The notes beneath the pieces were generated by a model, which was given only the letters and a program-made list of their open reading frames with translations, searched no databases and was not told the DNA's origin. Of a stretch of DNA of 64,000 nucleotides, positions 51,801-64,000 are shown piece after piece (position 1 is the stretch's first letter; each line of letters begins with the position of its first letter). Origin of the DNA: the human T2T-CHM13v2.0 reference genome, Homo sapiens; the NCBI RefSeq assembly GCF_009914755.1, contig NC_060932.1; one strand, given 5' to 3'. The translations under genes were made by a program, and so were the position numbers.

Positions 51801-53434
51801 TGGCTGTTTGGTTCCTGCACAGGGATCTGCTGGTTTAGGGGGCAGGTGCTTTTGCCCGCTTTTCATGCACACTGTCTGGAAGGTAGCAGGGCCACTTCCT
51901 CTCAAACTGTCCGACACTGGGCAGCCTCTGTCAGTTTAGTCTTCTTTTTTCATGCAGAATATGGCAGTGATGCTCTTGCACGTGACAAACACAAGTGGAC
52001 ATCCCAGCTGGGCTTTTACCAAATGATGTGCATTTGATTTTGAAAACAACAATGACAGGTATTGAGCAAAATCACAACCACACAGAACAGAATGTAGCTG
52101 TAAAAACCTTGAAGCCTTTTCAGGTTCCACTGTAGTCAACACACTTTGCTCTCTCGAGGGTAGGGTGCCGGAATCCTAGTTCTTAAACTAATCTGATTCA
52201 CCGCAGCTGATTAATTACTATGTCATTCCCTGCCGGAGCCAAGGGCAGATGGAGATGGCTTCTAAGTACACTGTCCCCTACTGGGTAAATCAACATTTGA
52301 TCATTTTTCACAGAATATTTTTGGAAGCTTTTAATCAGCTAAATCTTTCTTAGTAAGAAAGTTAAACAGAACTTAGAAATGTCATTGTTCACTTAATCAT
52401 TAGGATGGACACGGGAGGGATCAGGGAACACTCAATGACTCATGCAGAGCAAACAAGGATGCAGCTAAGAGGACGGGTCCAAAACGCACCGCGCCAGGGA
52501 GACAGTTCCGGTCTGTGGGGTGACCGCGGGCCAGGGCTGCACTTCTAAGCCGCAAGTGGCACCTCCTGCGACAGTCACAGGCACCACGCAGACAGGAGCA
52601 CCACGAGGGGCCTCACGGCTTGCTCCTCTGTGAATCACGGTGACCATGTAACCCATAATACCTTCTGGTTCTAACTTTTTATATTCTTTTGGGTAATGTA
52701 TGGTTTACTGTGAGGACACTTACGCCTTGCACAAGTTGAACGTTACATGTCTTGATCAGGTGCAAGGAAGAGACCGGTTACACTTTATGGGGTGGGCGGC
52801 AGCGAGAGTTCCCCGTCCCATCATCTCCTCCGCCGGACGCACAGAGAATGCAGCGTCTGTGAGCACAGCTGCCCTGGACCTGGCATCTAAGAGTCAGGGT
52901 CAGAGAGGGGCAGTCAGAAACCCACCTCCCTGCTGGACAAGTCACAAGCACCAGCATCCCTCGGGAAAGGCAGAGGGGCGTGGTGGCTCGGAGCCCTAGG
53001 GTGATAGGCGGTTGGCTGCCCTGTGGGTTTCACCAGTGTCACCTCTTCGCAGGTGTCATTGAACCTGGCTCCTTTCTCCCCGTCAGGTTCCCCTCGGCTC
53101 CTCTGGGCTGCTCCTGGCAGCCGACAGCTATGGAGGGGCTCACAGCCAGCCCCTGGCCCACTTCAGGTGAGCACTGGGTACCACCCAGCCCTGTGCGGAA
53201 GGGACCCTCATCCGTTCCCTCCTGGCTCTCCCACCATCTTTCAAAGCTCCGCCTCCCTCTCCCCACAGCCCTTGCCCTTGCTTCACCAGGAAAATAAAGA
53301 AATCAGAGAAGACTGCCACAGGTACCTGCCCACCATGACGGCTGTGAGCAAAACCTGCATCTGACACAGATCCTTACGCCGCTCACCTGGCAGAGGCCAG
53401 CCATCCCTGCCTCTGAGAGAGCACAGCAGCTCCC

Positions 53435-54800
53435 GCCTCCCTCCCTCTCCTCTCCTTCCTCCCCATCAGCCTGCACCTGTGCTTGCTCCTCTCGCCCTCC
53501 ACTCCTCTACTTCCTCCCCATCAGCCTGCGCCTGTGCTGGCTCCTCTCACCCTCCACTCCTCTCCTTCCTCCCCATCAACCTGCACCTGTGCTGGCTCCT
53601 CTCACCCTCCCTTCCTCTCCTCCCTCCCCATCAGCCTGCACCTGTGCTCGCTCCTCTCACCCTCCACTCCTCTCCTTCCTCCCCATCAGCCTGCACTCGC
53701 TCCTCTCACCCTCCACTCCTCTCCTTCCTCCCCATCAGCCTGCGCCTGTGCTGGCTTCTCTCACCCTCCACTCCTCTCCTTCCTCCCCATCAACCTGCAC
53801 CTGTGCTGGCTCCTCTCACCCTCCCTTCCTCTCCTTCCTCCCCATCAGCCTGCACCTGTGCTCGCTCCTCTCACCCTCCACTCCTCTCCTTCCTCCCCAT
53901 CAGCCTGCGCCTGTGCTGGCTCCTCTCACCCTCCACTCCTCTCCTTCCTCCCCATCAGCCTGCGCTCGCTCCTCTCACCCTTCACTCCTCTCCTTCCTCC
54001 CCATCAGCCTGCGCTCGCTCCTCTCACCCTCCACTCCTCTCCTTCCTCCCCATCAGCCTGCGCTCGCTCCTCACCCTCCACTCTTCTCCTTCTCCACTCC
54101 TCTCCTTCCTCCCCATCAGCCTGCGCTCGCTCCTCTCACCCTTCACTCCTCTCCTTCCTCCCCATCAGCCTGCGCTCGCTCCTCTCACCCTTCACTCCTC
54201 TCCTTCCTCCCCATCAGCCTGTGCTCGCTCCTCTCACCCTCCACTCCTCTCCTTCCTCCCCATCAGCCTGCGCTCGCTCCTCTCACCCTCTCTCCCTCTC
54301 CTTCCTCCCCATCAGCCTGTGCGCGCTCCTCACACCCTCCCTCTCCTTCCTCCCCATCAGCCTGTACTCGCTCCTCTTACCCTCCACTCCTTCCTCCCCA
54401 TCAGCCTGCGCTCGCTCCTCTCACCCTCCACTCCTCTCCTTCCTCCCCATCAGCCTGCGCTCGCTCCTCACCCTCCACTCTTCTCCTTCTCCACTCCTCT
54501 CCTTCCTCCCCATCAGCCTGCGCTCGCTCCTCTCACCCTCCACTCCTCTCCTTCCTCCCCATCAGCCTGCGCTCGCTCCTCTCACCCTCCACTCCTCTCC
54601 TTCCTCCCCATCAGCCTGCGCTCGCTCCTCTCACCCTCTCTCCCTCTCCTTCCTCCCCATCAGCCTGTGCGCGCTCCTCACACCCTCCCTCTCCTTCCTC
54701 CCCATCAGCCTGTACTCGCTTCTCTCACCCTCCACTCCTTCCTCCCCATCAGCCTGCACCTGTGCTTGCTCCTCTTACCCTCCACTCCGCTCCTTCCTTT
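53435..54800. repeat. Pyrimidine-rich VNTR, about 49-55-bp unit
   Basis: CCTCCCCATCAGCCTGCGCTCGCTCCTCTCACCCTCCACTCCTCTCCTT. Confidence 0.97.
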
Positions 54801-55971
54801 TGGAGCCCTCGGTGGGGATCTCCTGTCCTCACGGTGACTTCCCTCCCAGGAGGCAGCTGGCCTTACCACTTGCTGCACGTGCTAGCAGGGCTCTCTGTAT
54901 ATACACAGATGGACACATATTCTTCTTTCCTCTGTCTTTGAAATGAATCCAGCAGCGAACTCTCGTGGCCTCTTGCTTTTCACCCATGGCCTGTCTTGGT
55001 GCTGAGGCTCCCGTCCATCCTGACAGCTGCAAATGGCCCCAGGGGACAAGGCGGACACCACTCACTCTCCAGCCTCCTGCCAGCGCAGGCACAGGCTTGG
55101 GCTTGTCTCTTCTCTGAACAGCGATGGAGAAGCCGGTGCAACGCCGACCCCACGAGCAACTGAATCGGCAGGAAAAAGTGCTGGAGGCAAAACCAGGGCC
55201 CACGATGCAACTCCGTCATCCTGCTGCATGCCCACACCTCAGGGGTGCTGCCAGGGTGCCCAGAAAGAAGCTTGACTCAGACTCCCAGTGACAGGCCTGC
55301 AGGTCCCCAGCCCCAGGCGACCCCTCCTCCTGCCTCCCTGTCAAATCGTCCCCTCACCTGGCACGGAGCTGGAGGCCTGAGGGTGGGTGAGGGGTCAGGG
55401 CAGGTTCTACCAGCTCTTCGCCATTTTGGTCTCCCTGCCTCTGCCCACCCCGCACAGTCCTTGTGGAACCACACAGCCCCCGCCCCCGCCCCCTCAGCCA
55501 CCCACACAGGCGCCCCTCTCAAGAGGGGAGGGACTTCAGCTGTCAGCACAGCAGGTTTTCCCTGAGCAGATTCGGGACATGCAGCAGCAGCAGCACGTGG
55601 GTCTGAGAGACACAGCAGAGTGCGTGATAGGTGTGGGGTGACCTGGGCTTGAGCCCCTGGGAGAGGCCATCCCTGAGACGAGGAGTGTAGGGACCAGGAG
55701 CTTTGTTGTGGGGAATGAGGCAGCTGCCTGATGGACTACAGGGGACAAAAATCCCTGCGTTTGGGGCTGGGCCCAGGTTGGAGAGCTCACGGGGGCCACC
55801 GGCGTGTACCTGTGACATGGAGCCCTCGGACCCGGGGGTGGGTGTAGAGAGGAGGAGGTGGAGGCATGCGCTCTGCGCCCGCCGCCTGCCCCCGTGCAGG
55901 GGTTGTGGATCTGAGTCAATTTAACATACAGCCAAAGACAGAACGCTTTAGTATTTTAATGCATCCTGTAA

Positions 55972-56306
<335 letters not shown>

Positions 56307-56416
56307 CTGAATTACATTCCTGCCAGCAATTTATGAGTATTCATTTTCCTCAATTCTCAATGACAAGGTGGTCATTGAAAAATTACACACTTCTGAAAAA
56401 CATTTTTAAAAAATTC

Positions 56417-56565
56417 TTTTAGAGACAGGGTCTCACTCTGTTGCACAGGTTAGAATGCAATGATGCGATCATGGCTCACTGTCTAGAGCTCCTGGGCTCA
56501 AGCAATCCTCCCTCCTTGGCCTCCTAAAGTGCTAGGATTACAGGCGTGAGTCACTGTGTTTGGCC
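56417..56565 (-). mobile_element. Alu monomer or internally deleted AluJ
   Basis: GAGACAGGGTCTCACTCTG...GGGCTCAAGCAATCCTCCC...GGATTACAGGCGTGAG. Confidence 0.7.
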
Positions 56566-56749
56566 TGAAAAGTCTTTTGTCCATTTTGCTGGAAAAAGTG
56601 CTGGAGGCAAAACCAGGGCTCACGGTGCACCTCCATCCTCCTCAGGTAGGATGCCACGAAGTAGCATCCTATGGTTGTCTCTGTGAGTTTTTTTTTTTTT
56701 TTTTAACCAGGGAGGCTCTCCAGGATCATCCTGCAGGGGAACTGCAAGT

Positions 56750-56907
56750 GCCAAGCACAACTGCTGTGCGTGCTCCAAAGTCTCGGCTCAGCTGTGGCGG
56801 GAGGCTCAGTGGAGCCCAGGAGCTCAGGGCCGTGGGTGCCAGGACCATGCCTGAAAAGAGCACCGCACTACGGCCTGCGCAACACAGGGAAACCCTGTCT
56901 CAAAAAA
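56750..56907 (+). mobile_element. FAM-like fossil Alu monomer
   Basis: GAGCCCAGGAG..GCCTGAAAAGAGCACCGCACT..GCAACACAGGGAAACCCTGTCTCAAAAAA. Confidence 0.6.
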
Positions 56908-57419
56908 CCCCCCAAACCCACTAAATATCAGCTCAGAAACTCCCCGTGCATTTGGCTCCATTCTACAATATGGTCACAGTTACCCTGATACGAGATGTGT
57001 AAGGCTGGTTATCATCAGGAACGAAAGAAAAAGGTATTTCCCACCTGCATGGATAACTGGCAAAATGCTACCGGGGGGAGCGCCAGCCCCACCAGAGGGC
57101 TGGACAGAAGAGTGGACGCCACCCCCGATTGCTGTCCCAGCGGCCTTCTTCTCTCCTGGTACCACGACATTTCAAGTAATTAGATCTGTATCAATGCGAG
57201 GCCACAATCACAGCAACTTCAAGTGAAATCAGTGTAAAATCCAAGGACAAGCACGAGCACAACAATGCTGCCTGGTATCTCCGCTGGGCGCCGCACCCAG
57301 ACCCTCCCCACCCCTCAGGGTGACGGCGACTCACAAAAGCAGGCGTTCCAGAGAAGGAGGACGGCTTCATTTCCCTCCTATTTTCATCATATTTAAACAA
57401 GCTCCAGCATCCAAGATCT

Positions 57420-58285
57420 CAACACGCGCGTGAAAGCACACACACGAGCACGTACAGACCCGCACACGTGCACAGACTCACACAGGCGCACAGACCCGCA
57501 CACGTGCACAGACTCACAGGCGCACAGACACGCACACGTGCACACTCACACAGCCGCACAGACCCGCACAGGCGCACAGGCCCGCACAGGCGCACAGACC
57601 CACACACGCGCACAGGCCCGCACACGCGCACAGACCCGCACACGCGCACAGACCCTCACAGGCGCACAGACCCGCACACGCGCACAGACCCTCACAGGCG
57701 CACAGGCCCGCACACGCGCACAGGCCCTCACAGGCGCACAGACCCGCACACGCGCACAGACCCGCACACGCGCACACACCCTCACAGGCGCACAGACCCG
57801 CACAGGCGCACAGACCCGCACACGCGCACAGGCCCGCACACGCGCACAGGCCGGCACAGGCGCACAGACCCGCACACGCGCACAGGCCCGCACAGGCCCG
57901 CACAGGCGCACAGACCCGCACAGGCCCGGACACGCGCACAGAGCCGCACACGCGCACAGGCCCGCACACGCGCACAGGCCCGCACACGCGCACAGGCCCT
58001 CACAGGCCACAGACCCGCACAGGCGCACAGACCCGCACACGCGCACAGGCCCGCACAGGCGCACAGACCCGCACACGCGCACAGACCCGCACACGCGCAC
58101 AGGCCCGCACACGCGCACAGGCCCGCACACGCGCACAGGCCCGCACACGCGCACAGGCCCGCACAGGCGCACAGGCCCGCACACGCGCACAGGCCCGCAC
58201 AGGCGCACAGGCCCGCACACGCGCACAGGCCCGCACACGCGCACAGGCCCGCACAGGCGCACAGACCCGCACACATGCACACGCC
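57420..58285. repeat. VNTR, 18-bp unit, about 45 copies
   Basis: CAG(A/G)CCCGCACA(C/G)GCGCA. Confidence 0.97.
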
Positions 58286-58851
58286 TGACAGCTCCAGTCA
58301 GTCCTCACTATCCAGCTTCCAAGCTACAACTTATCACAGCTGTTTTATGTGCAGTAAAATGTCCCACTGCCTTGTGGCTGCTCGGAAAAGGTGCTCAGCG
58401 GTGGAGGTCCTGCCCCATCGGATGGCCTCCTCCATGCAAATGTGGTTTGCTGTCTTTCACAGACTCTTAATCAGCTATTCAGAGTCTTGGGAAAATATTC
58501 CTTTATCAGAGGCTTCCAGATGGCAGATAAGAGGAAAAACTCTCCTGAAAAATACTTAACAATGCCAGATAAAACACAGCAAACCTACCTTCAATGCACA
58601 GCCCAGCTCTCAAGACAAGGGCAATCTGGCCCAAAAATGACAGAGGAAAAGCAACCGAGAGGAAGTGCAGGTGCCAACCACGCTGCGTGCAGCATCACGG
58701 ACAATGTGAATTGTCCCCAAATCATCCACCAGTGACACAAATGCAAACACATTTTCAAGATTTTTTTTGCTGCAACTTGACCTGATTTTAAAACACACAT
58801 GGAAAAGCCAAGGGCCAAGAAGAACAGAGCAAGGGCTGGAGAAGAACCAGG

Positions 58852-59165
58852 TGGACGGGTCTGCCCCGCCAGACGGGAGCACACCGTACCCACGGGTCTA
58901 CCCTACTGGACGGGAGCACGCCGTACCCACGGGTCTACCCTGCTGGACGGGAGCACGCCGTACCCACGGGTCTGCCCCGCCGGACGGGAGCACGCCATAC
59001 CTACGGGTCTGCCCTGCTGGACGGGAGCACGCCGTACCCACGGGTCTACCCTGCTGGACGGGAGCACGCCATACCTACGGGTCTGCCCCGCCGGACGGGA
59101 GCACGCCGTACCCACGGGTGTGCCCTGCTGGATGGGAACACGCCGTAGGATGGGAGCATGCTGTA
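58852..59165. repeat. VNTR, 37-bp unit, about 8 copies
   Basis: GGACGGGAGCACGCCGTACCCACGGGTCTGCCCCGCC. Confidence 0.93.
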
Positions 59166-59501
59166 CCCCAGAGCAGCTGGGAGGCTGAGCCACAGACGCA
59201 GGCCCAGGACAGAGCCGCTGCCACAGGGAATGGCCCAGGACAGAGGGCTGAGGAAACTGCAGCGTCAGGTGAGCAACAGAGTCGGACCACCACCTCACAC
59301 CAGACAACAACTGCAAGAGCAAACACTGTCTATGATACGTGTATTTTTTTGCAAAAAAGCGTAAAATATCTTTGTTATTGAGGTAGATTTTAGATAAAGA
59401 TTTCTTAAACAAAACACAAAAACTATGAAATTAAAGATGATGTCACATTATATCAACTTCTAAACAATGGAAGACACTGACGTTTTTAAAAATGAAAAGG
59501 C

Positions 59502-59998
<497 letters not shown>

Positions 59999-61249
59999 TT
60001 AACCGGGGCCTGGAGAAACAAGAACGCCGGCGAGTCAAGTGAGCACACAGCGGCACAGCTCCTTTAAAGACACGCTGGGAATCTGTCCCTACGTTGAAAT
60101 GTACAACCAGCACCTCTCTAGGCACACACCCCAGGGAAACTCCCTGAGTGCAGACACACAAAGACAGCAGAGAAAGATGCCAGAAAACACAGGAGCAGGC
60201 ACCTCCCACCTCCAGCCAAGACGGAAAAGTCTTGAACAGACACTTAGAAGAAGAAATACAAATGGACAATAAGCACAATCAAAAGCTAAACATGAAAGAG
60301 GCCGACAGTGCGCCACGTGCTGCAGGATTCACTCTCACCACACTCAGCACCAGGTTCCGTGACAGGCGAAGGTCGCAGCTCGGCAGGAGGGTTTGCATGT
60401 TGTGTGGGAGCGACACTGGTGCCCTCAGCTAACTGCCAAGACCCGCCAAAGTGGACCCTTTCGGCCAGCACAGCCTTGGTGATGGACGCAGAGGGGCAGG
60501 GCGGAAGCCAGAAGGCAGGAGCGAGAGCTGGATGCTCCGGGAACCAGATGGAAGCCTGTCTCAGTCCTTGCTGCTGAGGGTAGCAGTGGGTGTCCTACCC
60601 AGGACAGGTACCCCGCACGCCTGGGGTTAGCTGAAGGAGGGCCCAAGAAGCTGCAGAGAGCCGGAGGCCCAGAACTGCCCACACCACCCAGGCAGGCAGC
60701 AAGTCTGCAACAATGCACATGAGCTGCGTGAGCTTTCACCTCCAGGAGCTGGAAACTAAAAGGGCTTACGTCCACCTTCCGAATTTCAGGCAGAAGGGCC
60801 TCTCGTGTCCCCCTGTAACCAGGAGCATTCGGGGAGGGAACTGTGGGAAATGCAGTTCAGCACAGCCAAATGCACAGAAATGAACCCATCCTATCTGTTA
60901 ATGGCACGTCAGTAAGATACAGATGAAGGTGCAGGACAGACCAAGTGCACACACCCCATCCTCCTCCTAAGGCCCCACCAAAATGAGAATAAGTGGGTTT
61001 GCAACACACAGAGGACAAATGAAGGACAGATGAAAAAATACAGTGTTGGAAAGTGAAAAGTAGACGGGATGCTGAATCCTAGAATGGCAGCCGAGACACA
61101 GCAGACACGAGATCTGCTCCAGAGGGGCCGCCAAGGAGCCTGGAAGTGGGGAGAAAAAGGGGGGCAGGCAGGCTGTGGAAGCCTCCCCACCACCCGTGGG
61201 AGACCGGGACTCACTCTCTGCAAAGGCCAGGCCTGGCTCCCAGGAGCCC

Positions 61250-62650
61250 CAGGCACCATAACTGAAGGCAAAGACTCCATAAGATAAACAGGGAGGGAGA
61301 GCCTGTCCATAGAGAGTGTGAGAGACCCTTCTTCTCCTCCTTCCCGCTCCAACTCTGAGACGCAGTGACAAAAACGAAGGGTGCAGCCGGAAGGGTGGAA
61401 GATGAAATTTGAGAAAATCTCCCACAAAGTGGCCTCAAATCACTAAACCATAAAAAATCCGGGAGAAGATGTAAGAAAAAGGGGATCTATTGGGAGACTC
61501 AATGTCTGAATGACAGGAATTCTGTAAACCGAAGATTGAAAGCAAAGAGGAGGAAATGATCAAGGAAACAAGAGAGTGGCACATGTTCCCAGACTACGGA
61601 GGCCACGACAGATGAAAACAGACCATGCTCAAGACCTCAGCATCAGGCTGCACCCACATGAAGGCCAGAAGCAGAACCTCAAACTGTCCTAAGGGAGGAA
61701 AACTGCTCATAGCCACAGGAATCGAGAATGATGGCAACTGCCTTCTCACAGCGACACTGGATGTTAAAGACTTCCAGTGTGAAAGACAGTTATTAGCCCA
61801 GAATCCTACACCCCGAAAAACTTTTAAGTACAAGAATTAAGGTATACTTGACCTTCAAGATCTCTAAAATATTTATCTCCCAAAAACCATTTTTCAGGAA
61901 GTTACTAACGAACGCATTTCAACAAAATGGAAGCAAACCCAAGAAATGAAAAGACTGAGGCCCAGGACAGCAAAGGAAGCCCCCGGGAGAGGTGAGACCG
62001 GGAGTTACGGCAAGGACTTGGGGGCGGCCCATGCTGGGGGTGGAACAGTCTGGAAGAGGCCACGGAAGATGAAGCTCATTGACCCTGAATGTGTCTGACC
62101 ATAGAACAAGGACAGGGAGGTGAGGGGAGAAATTAGTACTATTAAGTATTTAGAAGAAAATGTAAAAATCCAAGAAAACTATTAACTCTACTAAAGCTCT
62201 GCTCACTCCACTAAAGGTTTCACAAAACGGAATAATCGTGTGTTATGTGACTCAGCAAGAAACGGTGTTTACGGAGACATAAACATGTAAACAATACTGA
62301 TGTACAAACATTTTGAAAAAATCATATTGGAAGGACGGGGGTTGTAAAAAATGTGCATCCATGGTGGGGGAAGCTGCTAAAAAAAACCAAAATCCTTAGT
62401 TTCCAAAGTCAATACATAAGATTTAATCCCTTCCCTCCCTGCCAAAAAAGAAAGAAAAAGAAGAAGAAAACAGGAAGCAACAGTGTAAGTGCGTGACTCT
62501 GAAAGGGGGGGTGGTTTTACCCAGGAGCAGCCACTGCAGAGCTGGAGGGTGTGTGACTGGAGTGATGGGCAGAACATTGCTGTTTTTAATAATAATTCCT
62601 GAGAATTATTTGAATCTAAAATATATGCAACACATAACTGACAAATTTAA
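61250..62650 (+). mobile_element. Ancient L1ME/HAL1-like ORF1-region fragments
   Basis: A-rich + strand with ORF1-like motifs (AATGTCTGAATGACAGGAATTC, CTTCTCACAGCGACACTGGATG, CCCAGAATCCTACACCC). Confidence 0.5.
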
Positions 62651-63164
62651 AAAAAAGTTCAATATGGGCTCTTCAGTGAAAAAAGTTTACCAAAATGCAC
62701 ATACACCAGTTATTTTGGTTGTTGACAAATCAGTCTTATCTTTGGGACAAATGGAATTATCAACACTCTTCTAGAACCAAAGAAACAGATCGTGTGAAGT
62801 GAACAAATATCAATCAATTGGCTAAATCATTGCCATAATTACCATGCTTTGACCTAACCGTACAAGAACATTTTCCTCCGTCTCATGTCCAAGGACGGAT
62901 GTGGGCACTGTTCCTCATCCGGCTGCCTCCTGTCCCTCACAGAGCGCCACTCGGCCCAGCCCTGATATCCAGCAGGACTCCTCCTGGACGTGCATCTCAA
63001 CGGACACTGCGCGATGGCCCGTGCAGAAGTGACCCACGGTTCTTACGTTTTTTATTGTGATTTCATCATTTTGCCCCCGGCCAAGACTTCTCTTTTTCCA
63101 GATGCAAGTAAATTATAACATTTTTCCTTTAACATTTCCAAGGCACAGCACTTCAAAAATATGT

Positions 63165-64000
63165 TGTTCATGATTAAAAAAAAATCAATAAACTGGGCAT
63201 AGAAGGGAACTTCTTCAACATGATAAAGGCCACGTATGAAACCCACAGCGAACATCATACAGGATGGTGAAAACAGGGATGCTTTCTCCTCAAGATCAGG
63301 AATGAGACCAGGATTCCCACTCACGGCACTTTTTGTCAACATCGTATTAGAACTTCTAGCCAGGGCAATTAGTCAACAACAACAACAACAAAAGGAAGCA
63401 AAGGGCATCCAGACTGGACAGGGAAAGTACAACTATCTTTACTCACAAAGGAAAAAGTAAAACTACCCGAAATCACAGATGACAGCATCTTGCACAGTGA
63501 TGTACCACAAAAGACGCTGGTGAAAGGCTGGCCGCATGGGGGACGGTGGAGCCTTAAGATAATGCGGACCCTGAAGATGGTAACACTGCACTTTCACCGT
63601 TCGTTTTTAATGTTTGGATGCTGAAAGGCTGGCTGCATATAGGACGGCGGACCCTGAAGATGATAACGCTGTATTTTCACCGCACCTTCTTAATGTTTGG
63701 ATGCATGAACACTCACCATGGTGTTACAGTTGCCACTGTCTTCAGCACAGGCATGTACTGATTGGGCGAGCAGCCTGGGAGCAACAGGCTGTGCCACACA
63801 GCCCAGGCCTGCAGCTGGATCCACTGTCTAGTGTGTGTAAGCGCACTTTGCTCACACAGCAATGGACTCCTTTGGAATGTATTACCGTTGTTAAGTGATG
63901 TGTGACTGTACACAGAAAATCTAAGAAATCCACAACAAAAATGTAAGAGCTAATAAACTAGTTAGGCAAAACCGCAGGATACAAGGTCAATACACAAAAT
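63165..64000 (+). mobile_element. L1 ORF2 (RT region) fragment interrupted by a Tigger element
   Basis: ORF 63236 [20 protein letters not shown]...[12 protein letters not shown]; resumes after 63910 with GCAGGATACAAGGTCAATACACAAAAT. Confidence 0.85.
63495..63908 (+). mobile_element. Tigger3a-like (TcMar) non-autonomous DNA transposon
   Basis: CAGTGATG... and ...GTGACTG|TA termini; GCCTGGGAGCAACAGGCTGTGCCACACAGCCCAGG core. Confidence 0.75.

Overview
Human (primate) subtelomeric DNA that I recognise as the ERICH1 locus (8p23.3). Four minus-strand ERICH1 coding exons are present with canonical GT-AG junctions (50569-50435, 32402-31644, 27147-26953, 23031-22958 with the stop), followed by an ATTAAA poly(A) signal; the two 5' exons lie beyond the right edge. 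The rest is a dense mosaic of GC-rich VNTRs, Alus, old L1s, LTRs (MER57, MER61 with a gag remnant, MER11, MER31, MLT1) and DNA transposons (Charlie1, MER63, Tigger3). Most long ORFs in the supplied track are VNTR or Alu artefacts. The main discovery is a decayed, spliced protein-coding gene nested on the same strand inside the ERICH1 intron between 32403 and 50434 (about 44.3 to 34.6 kb), just downstream of an intragenic GC-box CpG island. Its translated fragments match, in collinear order, the N-terminal region and SF1B/RecD2-type helicase motifs of DNA helicase B (HELB) as I recall that sequence. It looks like an unprocessed HELB-paralogue pseudogene whose coding sequence is interrupted by an AluJ-like element and a MER11 LTR. 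Gene and repeat-family names are from memory of consensus sequences, not from database searches.
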